From Candidatus Binatia bacterium (GTDB lineage Bacteria > Desulfobacterota > Binatia > Bin18), in the NCBI GenBank assembly GCA_963664395.2, contig OY761159.2:4416001-4480000 (forward strand): a stretch of DNA of 64,000 bases, written 5' to 3'. The position numbers and the translations under genes are program-made. Below are positions 20,313 to 30,527 of this stretch, piece by piece. The notes under the pieces were generated by a model. That model was given only the letters and a program-made list of their open reading frames with translations. It did not search any database and was not told the DNA's origin. Position 1 is the stretch's first letter, and every line of letters starts with the position of its first letter.

Positions 20313-21332
20313 CTAATTCCGGTACTCATCTCCACAATCGCCAATGGACTGAAAGAGGTTGTTCGAGTGGCTCAGGAGGCTATGCACACGATCAAGCTCC
20401 CCTGTGTCGAGCGTCATATCAAAAACGCGCGCGGTGTCGGCCCGGTGCTCAGAAACACCCAGCCGGGTGCCAAGAATAACGCCGGCCACGCGAGGTTTGG
20501 TAAGGATGTAATGGGTGGCGATATTAGCGATGCTGACTGCATTCTTCTCGGCAATATCCTTGAGACAGCCCAACAGCTCTTGGAAGAGTTGCCACCCACC
20601 CCAGGCATCGATCATCTGTTTATATTTCTGAAGGCTGGCTGTCTTCAGCGACTCCCGGCCCGGCTCACGCCGGCCAAGAAACTGTTCAGACAGCAGCCCG
20701 CCGCACACTGTCCCATAGGTCAGCAACTGGATGTCATGCGCTTGGCAAAACGGGATCATCTCGATCTCTGGTCGGCGGTCAATCAGGGAGAACTGGACTT
20801 GATTGGAAACGATTGTGATGTCGTGCTCGGTAATGATTCTGAGATGCTCAGTATCGAAGTTGGTCAAGGCAAGATGGCGAATCTTGCCTTCTTCTTTGAG
20901 ATCGGAGAGGTGTTTGAGTGCATCCAAATAGCGTTTGTCGCTGTAGTCCCACCAGTGAAACTGCAAGAGATCAAGCGTCTCCACATCCATGCGACGTAAA
21001 GAGATGTCGATATTGTGCTCTACCACCTCGCGTGTCATGCGCCCAGGGCGCGGGACCCATTTGGTAAAGGCTTGGATGCTAGGGAGTGCTTCAGTACCGC
21101 GCGACTTCGCGAGCTGACGCCGGAAATCGCCCATAAAATCTTCAGCCGGGCCATAGTGATCAGCAAGATCCCACGAGGTGAAGCCAGTCTCATGATAGTC
21201 AAACATCTCCCGGACCGCGGCTTGGGGATTAATGCGCCCGTGCCCTCCAGACACCTGCCATAAGCCGTTAAGAATACGACAGATGCTGAGATCCTGAGTA
21301 AATTGTAAACGACTCGATTGTGGCAGGCCCAC
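20313..21332 (-). CDS. Aldo/keto reductase
   Basis: NGLWQVSGGHG, DLADHYG, DLLQFHWWDY, SNQVQFSLIDRRP. Confidence 0.9.
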   Translation of the reverse strand: MGLPQSSRLQFTQDLSICRILNGLWQVSGGHGRINPQAAVREMFDYHETGFTSWDLADHYGPAEDFMGDFRRQLAKSRGTEALPSIQAFTKWVPRPGRMTREVVEHNIDISLRRMDVETLDLLQFHWWDYSDKRYLDALKHLSDLKEEGKIRHLALTNFDTEHLRIITEHDITIVSNQVQFSLIDRRPEIEMIPFCQAHDIQLLTYGTVCGGLLSEQFLGRREPGRESLKTASLQKYKQMIDAWGGWQLFQELLGCLKDIAEKNAVSIANIATHYILTKPRVAGVILGTRLGVSEHRADTARVFDMTLDTGELDRVHSLLSHSNNLFQSIGDCGDEYRN

Positions 21333-21494
21333 GGCAAAGCCTCCTCATAGACTGATTGGCGGAGTTGGCGAATTCAATCGTATGCCACAATGTGGCAGCC
21401 GTCCAGAAAAATGTTCCGGACGAAATATTCGAGAGGGAATGAGTCAGAAAACGTTGGAGACCCACAGTAGCAAATCCTGGAGCGGTGTGCACAT

Positions 21495-22406
21495 TCACCC
21501 CAGCAGAATAATCCCTATCCCGATAATGACGAGGGCAATACCCGGGATTTGACGCCAGACTTCTTGTTCACGCCAGAGAAGGAGCGCCAGCCCAATCGCC
21601 GCCACGGCTTCAATCTGAGCAACCGCCTTGGCGTACACCACCAGGGTCAGCGAGTATGACCAAAAGGCACAGATGCTGCCGCCAAAACTCGTGGCGCCGA
21701 TGAGCGACATTCGGCGCCAGTGGGTTGTAATATTGTGTAATCCATCGCGTTGCCACCGCCACAGTACGGCCGTTAGGATAACGACCTCCATCCAGGTAGT
21801 ATGAAAAACAGCGTAAACGGCGGCCTCAAATCGACTGGTTCCAAAGTGGGGGTTCAGGGCCGCAAACTCCGCGGTGGCCTCTTTCAACATGAAACTGGCG
21901 AGCATAAGAAAGACCGCACACCCAACCGCGAGTAAGGCCCCCAGGTCAAAATGCACTGCCCGCCGCCAGCCCTCGGGTCCGCCCGCTTTGCCGAGATTCA
22001 TCAGCATCACACCCAGGCTGGAAGCGCTAATACCGACCCAGCCGAAGGCCGATGGATTTTCTGCAAAAAACACCACCCCACACAAGGCAGTGAAGAGCAC
22101 CTCCAATTTGTGCAAGACAATGGCCTGCGCAAAATTGGTATGCTGAAAGGCGGAGACAAGGGCGATGTTGGCAAGAATCTGGGTGACACCAGTCAAAAAG
22201 CAATACCAATAGAAGGCGAACGAAAGCTGCGGTACCCCGCTCGATAGCATCAGCATGAGCACGGCAGGACCTGAGAACGGCAAATTGAAGGCAAAACGCG
22301 CCCAGCTGATAAGGACGGGAGAAACCCGGCCGGACAACGTCCGCGCCAGCGCGTTCCGCAGGGTCAAAAAAACGCCGGCGGCAATTGAAATTTCAACCCA
22401 GGTCAC
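21495..22406 (-). CDS. EamA/DMT family transporter
   Basis: About 10 hydrophobic helices in two repeated halves; ARFAFNLP motif. Confidence 0.8.
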   Translation of the reverse strand: MTWVEISIAAGVFLTLRNALARTLSGRVSPVLISWARFAFNLPFSGPAVLMLMLSSGVPQLSFAFYWYCFLTGVTQILANIALVSAFQHTNFAQAIVLHKLEVLFTALCGVVFFAENPSAFGWVGISASSLGVMLMNLGKAGGPEGWRRAVHFDLGALLAVGCAVFLMLASFMLKEATAEFAALNPHFGTSRFEAAVYAVFHTTWMEVVILTAVLWRWQRDGLHNITTHWRRMSLIGATSFGGSICAFWSYSLTLVVYAKAVAQIEAVAAIGLALLLWREQEVWRQIPGIALVIIGIGIILLG

Positions 22407-22418
22407 GCGGTGATGCCA

Positions 22419-22709
22419 TTAACGATCGGTGTGGCCCAGGTTCCGGTGCGGAGCGACTTTATCTCGGATGGATTGTTTGAGGACTTTGATTTCAGGAAAG
22501 CTGCTCTTTTCTTGGCGAGACCATATCAGTTCATCGTCCAGCCGGATTTCAAAGATACCACTTCGACCCGGAACCAACGCCACCTCACCCAGTTCATCCG
22601 GGAAAGTGGTGAGTAGTTCTTGCGCCATCCAGCCCGCCCGCAAGAGCCAACGACATAAAGAGGAAACGTGCGTACAATAGACGATCTCGACACGCGGCTG
22701 CTGAGGCAT
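22419..22709 (-). CDS. SelT/SelW/SelH (Rdx) family protein, Cys homologue, CxxC disrupted by a 12-nt insertion
   Basis: RVEIVYC...CRWLLRAGWMAQELLTTF, VALVPG..GIFEI, FPEIKVLKQ. Confidence 0.85.
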   Translation of the reverse strand: MPQQPRVEIVYCTHVSSLCRWLLRAGWMAQELLTTFPDELGEVALVPGRSGIFEIRLDDELIWSRQEKSSFPEIKVLKQSIRDKVAPHRNLGHTDR

Positions 22710-22720
22710 TCTTCCCGAAC

Positions 22721-23257
22721 CTACTCTGTTTGACTTTCGACTTTTTGACTTTCGATCTCAACCACAGCCGTTATCGGCGCGATGATATCCACGGTTTCAA
22801 ACAGGTTCATGAGGTGGCGGGTATTGGCCCCTAAATCGCCCCAGCCGACACGCGAGGCAGAACGCGCGAAGAGCGTACTCCGCTCCTCCCCGTCAGCCTC
22901 GACCCAGATAGTGACATCGTCCTTGAACTTAATGATTTTAGTGGTCACCACGGCTTCTATTTTCCGCGCTTCAGGGTCAACCGTGCTTGACTCCCAGTGG
23001 AGCGCATCGGCTGCCCGGCGGGCAACATCAAACATCAAAGCCGCCGGCGCTGCATACGTGCGTGGCCGGAGTTCGGGAAAGGCGGTGTCTGGTGTTGTCT
23101 CCACAACATTCGTTGTCAGATAGGTCATCAGCCGGGTTCCCATCCCTGGTGGATCACTCCACGGCAGATCATTAGAAATAAGCCCGGCAGCCAGGAGAGA
23201 CGCCCACACCACGGCCAGAAAAAAAATAAACTGCAAGAGTCCGCTCATAAATCGCAT
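22721..23257 (-). CDS. DUF1499 family membrane-anchored protein
   Basis: N-terminal TM; IEAVVTT..KFKDDV and RSASRVGWGDLGAN motifs. Confidence 0.8.
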   Translation of the reverse strand: MRFMSGLLQFIFFLAVVWASLLAAGLISNDLPWSDPPGMGTRLMTYLTTNVVETTPDTAFPELRPRTYAAPAALMFDVARRAADALHWESSTVDPEARKIEAVVTTKIIKFKDDVTIWVEADGEERSTLFARSASRVGWGDLGANTRHLMNLFETVDIIAPITAVVEIESQKVESQTE

Positions 23258-23298
23258 AACCCCCTCCCATCAGGCCTGTCTCATCACACGAATCACAG

Positions 23299-25362
23299 TC
23301 AATCCTGCATAATCAGGGGCCGTAGCTCTTCCCAGCTTGTGACCGGCAAGGAACAGACAAAATTATGACAGACATAGGCGGTCAGCTTGTCATCAATTCG
23401 CGTCTTGCCTGCGAGTAATCCAGGCACACCGCGCTGCGGCGGCTGGGCCGGGTCGAAACACAGCAGCGTCTTATTGGGAATAAAGCTCGCATGGATGTTG
23501 TGCAGCAGCGCGGTGGTTTCAGAGGCGGTCGGGTCTCCCAGGAGCACGATTTCCTGGGGCCGGCGCAGGTAAAAGTCCAGCCCGCACAGCATATTGCTGA
23601 AACCGAATGGATTTTGCTCCAGGGCATCGTAGAACAGCCGCAAGAGCATTTCCGCCTTGGTCAGATAGTCTTGCTTCTCAGTCGCATAATAGAGACGCAG
23701 CAGGACGGAAACGGCCACTGAATTCCCTGACGGAACAGACCCGTCAAAAGCTGACTTAGAGCGGCTAATCAGCGCTTCATGGTCTGAACTGGTAAAAAAG
23801 AACCCGCCTTCTTGCGCATCCCAAAAGCGTGCCAGCAGCACGTCAGTAAAGGCCACTGCCCTGTCCAGATATTCTGGCTCAAAGGTCGCTTCATACACAT
23901 CGAGTAAGGCCGCGCTGAAACAGGCGTAGTCGTCAAGATAGGCGTTGAATTTGGCTTGCCCGTCCTTATAGCTACGCAGTAAGCGGCCCTCACGACACAG
24001 AGCGGTCTGAACAAAATGGATACTGCGCCGAGCAACTTCGAGATAGCCGGGATGGCCCAACACCTTATACGCCTCGGCAAAAGCCGAAATCATGAGTCCG
24101 TTCCAACTGGTCAGGATTTTATCATCGCGGCCAGGTTTCACACGCTGTTCGCGGACGGCGAAGAGTGTGTCTTTAGCGCGGGCGATCAACTGCGTTGTTT
24201 CGTCCACATCACGCTGAAAGAGTCTGGCCAGTTGTGCCATTTCCAGCGTGGGATGGAGGATGTTCTTGTGCTCGAAATTTCCGACATCCGTGACATCGTA
24301 ATAGCGACAGAATATCTCCCCCACATCGTCGCCCAATATCCGCATCACTTCGTCCTGGTCCCAAACAAAGAACTTACCTTCCACGCCTTCCGAGTCGGCA
24401 TCCTGGGTTGAGTAAAATCCCCCCTCCGGGCTCATCATCTCCCGCTCAACATAGGCCAGAATCTCCTCTACAACCTGCCGAAAGAAGGGGTCTCCGCTGG
24501 TCTGGTAGCCTTCAAGATAGAGCCGAGCCAGGAGTGCATTGTCGTACAACATCTTCTCAAAATGGGGCACCAGCCAGCGCTCGTCGACCGAGTAGCGGTG
24601 AAAGCCACCCCCGAGATGGTCGTACATTCCACCTTGAGCCATTTTGCGCAGCGTATGCGTGGTCATGTTCAGATAGCGCTGATTGCCGGTTGCGTATGCC
24701 TGGCGCAAAAACAGCGAAAAAACAGACGAGTTCGGAAATTTGGGGGCCTGGCCTATCCCCCCGTGCGTCTCATCATAGTGTTGGGCGAGCCCTTCAGCCG
24801 TCTTCTCTAACACCGAGACATCAAGGGGCCGCGTCGTTTGTTGACGCTGGGCAAGTTGCTCAAGCCGGGACAGAATCTCGGCTGTCGATTTTGCGACATC
24901 CGCGGGTTTTTCTCGATAGGCTTGGGCGATACCCGCCAGGACTCGCGGAAACGCAGGAATATTATGGCGATCCTCAGGCGGGAAATATGTTCCCCCATAG
25001 AACGGCTTCCCGTCCGGCGTGAGAAACACCGTCATCGGCCAGCCGCCGCGGCCGGTCAGCATCTGCACCGCATTCATATAGATTTCGTCAACATCCGGGC
25101 GTTCTTCCCGGTCAACCTTGATATTGACGAACAACCTGTTCATGAGTCCGGCGATCTGTTCGTTCTCAAAGGACTCGTGCTCCATGACATGACACCAGTG
25201 GCACGCAGAATAGCCGACGCTCAGCAGAATCGGTTTGTCTTCAGCCTTGGCTTTGACAAAGGCATCCTCGCCCCAAGGGTACCAGTCCACCGGGTTGTGC
25301 GCGTGTTGGAGCAAGTAGGGACTGGTCTCTGTCGCTAAACGGTTGGTGAATTTTTCCGGCAT
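23299..25362 (-). CDS. Thioredoxin-domain protein, YyaL/SPATA20 (DUF255) family
   Basis: [44 protein letters not shown]. Confidence 0.93.
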   Translation of the reverse strand: MPEKFTNRLATETSPYLLQHAHNPVDWYPWGEDAFVKAKAEDKPILLSVGYSACHWCHVMEHESFENEQIAGLMNRLFVNIKVDREERPDVDEIYMNAVQMLTGRGGWPMTVFLTPDGKPFYGGTYFPPEDRHNIPAFPRVLAGIAQAYREKPADVAKSTAEILSRLEQLAQRQQTTRPLDVSVLEKTAEGLAQHYDETHGGIGQAPKFPNSSVFSLFLRQAYATGNQRYLNMTTHTLRKMAQGGMYDHLGGGFHRYSVDERWLVPHFEKMLYDNALLARLYLEGYQTSGDPFFRQVVEEILAYVEREMMSPEGGFYSTQDADSEGVEGKFFVWDQDEVMRILGDDVGEIFCRYYDVTDVGNFEHKNILHPTLEMAQLARLFQRDVDETTQLIARAKDTLFAVREQRVKPGRDDKILTSWNGLMISAFAEAYKVLGHPGYLEVARRSIHFVQTALCREGRLLRSYKDGQAKFNAYLDDYACFSAALLDVYEATFEPEYLDRAVAFTDVLLARFWDAQEGGFFFTSSDHEALISRSKSAFDGSVPSGNSVAVSVLLRLYYATEKQDYLTKAEMLLRLFYDALEQNPFGFSNMLCGLDFYLRRPQEIVLLGDPTASETTALLHNIHASFIPNKTLLCFDPAQPPQRGVPGLLAGKTRIDDKLTAYVCHNFVCSLPVTSWEELRPLIMQD

Positions 25363-25385
25363 GAACACCTGTCTCTTCTTGCTGC

Positions 25386-26693
25386 CTATATATGATAAAT
25401 TCGCTCAGCTTCCCTTCTCAGGTCCGGCTGAAAATCAGGATGGGCAACCTCCAGGAGCGTGGCTGCGCGCTGCTTGAGGGACTTGCCTCTGAGTTCGGCA
25501 ATTCCGAATTCGGTCACCACATAATCAACAAATGCCCGCTGCGCAGTCACTACGCTGCCAGGCTCAAGCATGGGCGCAATCCGTGACACGCGGCGGCCGT
25601 TGACCATGGCACTCGACGGCGTGACGATCACCGACCGACCCGGATTACAGTACGCAGCCGTGATGGTAAAAATCGTCTGGCCACCCGTTCCGGTGTACAT
25701 GAACGGACCGAACGACTCGGAGCAGGCCTGTCCGCCCAGGTCCACGGCCAGGGCGTTATTGACGGCAACGTAATTCTCTTGATTGACCAGCAGGCGTAAA
25801 TCATCCGTATAGGTGAAGTCATAAAACTCAAAGTTCGGGTTGCCATCAATAATCGATAATTCATCCGGAAACACACCGACACCGGCGCTGGCAACGACTT
25901 TTCCGGGGTTCACCGTCTTGTACTTACCGGTAATAACACCTTCCTTCACCAGACGCGCAATGCCAGCGGGAATGACCTCAGTGTGAATGCCCAGATCATT
26001 TTTATTGCCTAAATACATACCGAGCGGGGAGGAAACGCTGCCTAAACCGATTTGGACGGTATCGCCATCGTGAATGAGTTCGTTGGCCACCAGGGTGCAG
26101 ATGACCTCCGTCATTGCGACTTCTTCTTCGCTGCGTTGCGTTGCCGGAAGTTCAGGCGCTGGTGTCGTAGGTTCCACAAAATGGTCGATCTCAGACACAT
26201 GAATATAATTCTCACCGCCGGTTCGGATAAAGCCTTCGTGCACCTCGGCCACCACTGTCCGCGCCGCGGCAGCCATGGTTTTAGACATGAACAGGCCATG
26301 CCCAAAACTGCAATAGCCATGTTTGTCAGGCACGGAAACCGGGGTCATATACACGTCGCAGACAATGCCCGGCGGCAGTTCGCCGCGGCGGTAGTACATC
26401 ACCGGAATGAAGTCCATATTATCTTTGCCCATGAGCGGGCGGGTGGTAACGCCCAGGTAGGGCGTTTGAATGGTGAAGGCCCGCTCTACGCCGGGTTGGT
26501 CCCAGTCAAAGAGCGGGCCTATGGTGCCAATTTTCACATCGCGCAGTTCTTCTTTACGTGCGAGAAGGGCGTCGCACAGCGAGAGCGGGGTTGCGTGTAG
26601 CCAGTTGTACTGCACTGAGTCGCCATTGCGTACACACCGTACAGCCTCTTGAGCAGAGACAAGCTTGTCACCACATTGATCACGCCAATTCAT
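25386..26693 (-). CDS. Acetyl-CoA hydrolase/4-hydroxybutyrate CoA-transferase family protein
   Basis: [58 protein letters not shown]. Confidence 0.9.
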   Translation of the reverse strand: MNWRDQCGDKLVSAQEAVRCVRNGDSVQYNWLHATPLSLCDALLARKEELRDVKIGTIGPLFDWDQPGVERAFTIQTPYLGVTTRPLMGKDNMDFIPVMYYRRGELPPGIVCDVYMTPVSVPDKHGYCSFGHGLFMSKTMAAAARTVVAEVHEGFIRTGGENYIHVSEIDHFVEPTTPAPELPATQRSEEEVAMTEVICTLVANELIHDGDTVQIGLGSVSSPLGMYLGNKNDLGIHTEVIPAGIARLVKEGVITGKYKTVNPGKVVASAGVGVFPDELSIIDGNPNFEFYDFTYTDDLRLLVNQENYVAVNNALAVDLGGQACSESFGPFMYTGTGGQTIFTITAAYCNPGRSVIVTPSSAMVNGRRVSRIAPMLEPGSVVTAQRAFVDYVVTEFGIAELRGKSLKQRAATLLEVAHPDFQPDLRREAERIYHI

Positions 26694-26845
26694 ACTCCCT
26701 CCTGAACAAAAGAAGGTACCTGTATCTTTGGCCGGAGCATAAACCAGGCGGGTCAAGAAAGCAAAGTCAATCTACGCCGCGTCGACCATTTCGTTGAGCA
26801 CGACTCCCAGGTATGGTAGAGATCACGGTACGATAAGGAGGCAGT

Positions 26846-27082
26846 ATGGATATTCGGATTGAATATTGTGCGGCGTGAAGCTATGAACCGGAAGCCGTCA
26901 GTTTGACGGAATATTTATTGACGCACTACAAACAACAGATTCAGGGACTGACCCTTGTCCCCTATGCCGACGGCCGGTTCGAGGTCGTTGTCGACGGGAC
27001 AAAAATTTACTCCAAGCTCGAAACCGGCGTCTTTCCTGACAACAATGAAGTCCAAGCCGCACTGGAAAAGCAGGCAGCATAA
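26846..27082 (+). CDS. Rdx/SelW-like selenoprotein, 78 aa, Sec at codon 11 (CxxU)
   Basis: AAGGAGG RBS then MDIRIEYCAA-TGA-SYEPEAVSLTEYLLTHYKQQIQGLTLVPYADGRFEVVVDGTKIYSKLETGVFPDNNEV. TGA at 26876-26878. Absent from the ORF track. Confidence 0.88.
26895..26909 (+). promoter_or_regulatory. Putative bacterial SECIS apical hairpin
   Basis: CCGTCA-GTT-TGACGG perfect stem, with the loop G (26901) 22 nt after the in-frame TGA. Confidence 0.65.
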
Positions 27083-27108
27083 TCAGACCGTTGAATACAG
27101 GAACACCC

Positions 27109-28134
27109 ATGGAAATTGGTATGTATGCGACCACGCATGGTCTGGCGTATCGAGATGACCAGAATGTCCTTGCGCGTTCCCTTCCCGCGGACCAGCTCCA
27201 TCCGATAGAGACCGCGCAACTCGCCGAACGCTTGGGCTTTCACTCCATGTGGTTTCCAGACCATGTGTGTATGCCCATGGCGTCGGAAAGCGAGCATGTC
27301 GCCAATACGTCAGGCAGTCGCGCCTACGAGCCGCGGCATACCATGTTCGATGCCGCTGTGGTGATGGGAGCTGTTGCCCACACGACGACCCGCCTCAAGC
27401 TCGGAACCAGTGTATTAATTGCCCCCTATCGCAATCCGCTCAGCGACGCCCGCCAATTTGCGACCATAGATCAGCTCTCGAATGGACGGCTGCTGTTCGG
27501 CGTTGGTGCAGGCTGGATGCAAGAGGAGTTTGCCGCAATTGGTATCCCCTATGCCGAACGCGGCCCTCGGACGGACGAGTGTATTCGGGTCTACAAACAC
27601 TCGTGGACTGACGATATCGTCAGCTACCAAGGCCGATTCTATCAGTTTGAAGCTCTCTCTATGGACCCTAAGCCGGTGCAACAGCCACCACCGATCATCT
27701 ATGGTGGTGTCACGCCTGGTGGCGCCCGAAGAGCAGCGCAGTTGTGTGATGGATTTTATCCGATCTTTCTCGATCCCTTTGCGCGGCCTGACCGTTACAC
27801 AAAAGAACAAGCGGTGATCCGAAAAGAGCTGGATGGAATCGACCGCCCGCACGATGAGTTTATCATGATGGGCCTGAGTTCTGCCCGTATAACGTCGTCC
27901 GCTGATCCTCTCAGCACAGAGAATCCACGCCGCGTCTGTACAGGCACAGCCGAACAAATCCTCGAAGACCTCCAAGGCTTTGCCAAAGAGGGCTACGGGC
28001 TCGTGGTGTATTTCTTTGACTGTCCGTCCGGGCAGTTGTCAGAACTCGAAGACCAAATGCAGCAGTTTAGCGCAAGCGTTATCCCTGAGGCCAAGAACAT
28101 CCAGCCGCAAGGAGGCTGGAAAACAGCCCCCTAA
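27109..28134 (+). CDS. LLM-class F420-dependent oxidoreductase
   Basis: AERLGFHSMWFPDHV, LGTSVLIAPYRNP, GRLLFGVGAGWMQEEF, PKPVQQPPP. Confidence 0.88.
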   Translation: MEIGMYATTHGLAYRDDQNVLARSLPADQLHPIETAQLAERLGFHSMWFPDHVCMPMASESEHVANTSGSRAYEPRHTMFDAAVVMGAVAHTTTRLKLGTSVLIAPYRNPLSDARQFATIDQLSNGRLLFGVGAGWMQEEFAAIGIPYAERGPRTDECIRVYKHSWTDDIVSYQGRFYQFEALSMDPKPVQQPPPIIYGGVTPGGARRAAQLCDGFYPIFLDPFARPDRYTKEQAVIRKELDGIDRPHDEFIMMGLSSARITSSADPLSTENPRRVCTGTAEQILEDLQGFAKEGYGLVVYFFDCPSGQLSELEDQMQQFSASVIPEAKNIQPQGGWKTAP

Positions 28135-28174
28135 GCAGGAATAAAGGGAACCGGCTCCTCTCTTCAGTTCGCCT

Positions 28175-28520
28175 TTATGAATCTTTTTGCTTGAGTTTTG
28201 CGCCTAGGGCCTTGGCGGTTTCAGGCGGTAAGCCGGTCGGGTCCAAGAGCACCCCGTATTGCTCCAGCCAGTGGGTGTGGGCAAGTTGATGCAAGGCAAA
28301 AGATGTTTGCATGGATTGTATGGCCGGACGAAAAATGTGGCCCGTTTGCGGCCAGGATAATCACCTTGACCGTGTCGTCTTGTGCCGCACGGTCAAAGGC
28401 CGCGTTCAATTCATACAGCAGCTTGGTATCCTGCGCGTTTCGTGTCTCCGGTCGGTTCAACACAATGCGTGCCACGTACTCCGCGGGTGTTTCATACAAA
28501 ACAGATTCAAAATCTGACAG
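28175..28520 (-). pseudogene. Enoyl-CoA hydratase with a large internal deletion (only N- and C-termini remain)
   Basis: N-part RIVLNRPETRNAQD...NGPHFSSGH joins out of frame, near 28319, to a C-terminal segment QSMQTSFALHQLAHTHW...DP. The RBS is followed by CTG rather than ATG. Confidence 0.75.
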
Positions 28521-28836
28521 CGCGCCCTCCTTCTTTTCATATTGTGACCACTCTACCCTGTCTTGCGCTTGCCGTGAAGTTTGTGCGGAGAGCCGGTTGG
28601 AGAATGTCCATTTTTGGCGGAATGGATAGTCTCAATATCTCGGAATATTTGTTTTTGACTATAGTCTACTCTATCTTTTTATAGGCTCTACAACTAAACA
28701 AAAAGAGATCCTCAGAGATTACACATTTGACACATTTTCAGAGTAGTTCCATGTGCAAAGAGGCTGTTTTCGCTTGTCCTTTGAGCCCGAGTCTGCCATG
28801 ATTCCAGCAGTCATCTCAATGTAAAGTAGAATACGT

Positions 28837-29019
28837 ATGATCGTTATTGCAGGAACAATCCCGGTCAAGGCCGAACGCTGGAGTGATGCAAAGGCGCTTG
28901 CCGCACACTTTCAGACCGAGCATCTGCAAAATTTCCTAAAAGAAGCTCCGAGCCTGCTGGCGGGAGCACTGGATGCAAAGAAGTATACAGTAGAGAAGTC
29001 CGAAGCATTATCAGTCTGA
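28837..29019 (+). pseudogene. Antibiotic-biosynthesis (quinol) monooxygenase family gene with an in-frame internal deletion
   Basis: N-terminus MIVIAGTIPVK is fused directly to the C-terminal AHFQTEH motif. The central GC..Y...E.W segment is missing (60 aa versus about 100 typical). Confidence 0.65.
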
Positions 29020-29060
29020 GGATTGGCAGCCAGCGACCCGCTACTGGATTGAAGGCGAGC

Positions 29061-30482
29061 ATGAATAGAGCTGGAGGCGAACAAAAGAAGTGCGGCCGCC
29101 ACGCCGCGATAGCGGGAGCATTTCTGACGCTCTTCTGCTTCTTGTCACTCGCCAGCACCGCGCAGGCAGCCATAGACGAGGAGTCCCAATTTGTCCTGAA
29201 CACCTTCTCGTTTCTCATCTGGGGTGCCCTGGTGATGTGGATGTGCGCAGGCTTCACCATGCTTGAGGCCGGCTCTGTGCGCACCAAGAACGTCTCTGTG
29301 ATCTGTCTCAAAAACATCGGGCTGTATTCGGTCGCAGGGCTGACCTACTACTTCGTCGGATATAACCTCATGTACGTTGATGTCGGGTCCTGGGTCGGCT
29401 CCCTGACCTTCCTCTACGGTCCTTCGGCCGATGAGCTGGCCCTGTTGGCCGGTCAGACAGATGCGACGGCCGCCGTCGTCAAGAACGGCTACGCCACGAT
29501 GTCGGACTGGTTCTTTCAGATGGTCTTCGTCGCCACGGCTGCCTCGGTTGTTTCCGGCGCTCTGGCCGAACGGGTGAAGCTGTGGTCGTTCCTGGCCTTT
29601 ACGACCATTTTGACAGCCATCATCTATCCTATCGTCGGTGCTTGGACGTGGGGTGAAGGCTGGCTCTATCAAATGGGTTTTCAGGACTTCGCCGGCTCCA
29701 CCATTGTGCATTCGACCGGCGGCTGGGCCGCGATGGCCGGCATCATCGTCGCGGGACCGAGAGTGGGCAAATTTCGGCCCGACGGCAGCATCAAGCCCAC
29801 GCCGCCCTCGAACGTCCCATTCGTCACCTTAGGCGTCCTCATTCTGTGGTTTGGGTGGCTCGGCTTCAACGGTGGATCACAACTCGCTCTGGCCGGCGTG
29901 GCTGACGCAGTGGCCATGAGCAATGTGCTTGTAAACACAAACCTTGCCGCGTCCGCGGGAGCCGTGGCCGCGCTGTTCATGTCGCGGCCCGTATTCGGGC
30001 GGGTCGATCTGCTCGCCATCCTCAACGGCGCGCTCTCGGGCCTCGTCTCGATTACCGCCGGACCCGACATTGTGGAGCCGTATTGGGCGGTCATCATCGG
30101 AGCGGTTGGCGGCGTACTGTGCATCTACAGCATGAAGCTGCTGGAGATCATGAAGCTGGACGACGTGGTCGGCGCGATTCCGGTCCATCTGTTCGCCGGT
30201 ATATGGGGGACGTTGGCGGTCTGTATCGCAGCGGGCGGCAACTTCGGCGTACAGCTCCTCGGGGTGCTTGCGGTCGGCGTGTTCGTCTTCGGGACTTCAT
30301 GGGTAGTATGGCTGGCGCTAGAAAAGGTATTGGGAGTCCGGGTCTCATCCAGCGTCGAAGAGATCGGCCAGGATGCCATGGAACTCGGCATCGACGCCTA
30401 CCCCGAGTTTATTCTCATGCCCGACCCGGACGATGTTGAGGAACTGCGTAGCGGCACCCAAACGGCATCGTCTGCCGAGTAG
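29061..30482 (+). CDS. amtB: Ammonium transporter (Amt family)
   Basis: GFTMLEAGSVRTKN, FFQMVF, DFAGSTIVH, WFGWLGFNGGS, DDVVGAIPVH. N-terminal signal peptide; start uncertain (29049 or 29061). Confidence 0.95.
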   Translation: MNRAGGEQKKCGRHAAIAGAFLTLFCFLSLASTAQAAIDEESQFVLNTFSFLIWGALVMWMCAGFTMLEAGSVRTKNVSVICLKNIGLYSVAGLTYYFVGYNLMYVDVGSWVGSLTFLYGPSADELALLAGQTDATAAVVKNGYATMSDWFFQMVFVATAASVVSGALAERVKLWSFLAFTTILTAIIYPIVGAWTWGEGWLYQMGFQDFAGSTIVHSTGGWAAMAGIIVAGPRVGKFRPDGSIKPTPPSNVPFVTLGVLILWFGWLGFNGGSQLALAGVADAVAMSNVLVNTNLAASAGAVAALFMSRPVFGRVDLLAILNGALSGLVSITAGPDIVEPYWAVIIGAVGGVLCIYSMKLLEIMKLDDVVGAIPVHLFAGIWGTLAVCIAAGGNFGVQLLGVLAVGVFVFGTSWVVWLALEKVLGVRVSSSVEEIGQDAMELGIDAYPEFILMPDPDDVEELRSGTQTASSAE

Positions 30483-30527
30483 CCCCTGCCTGACTGAAGC
30501 TGTGATACGAAATCCGTTCAGTGGCCG

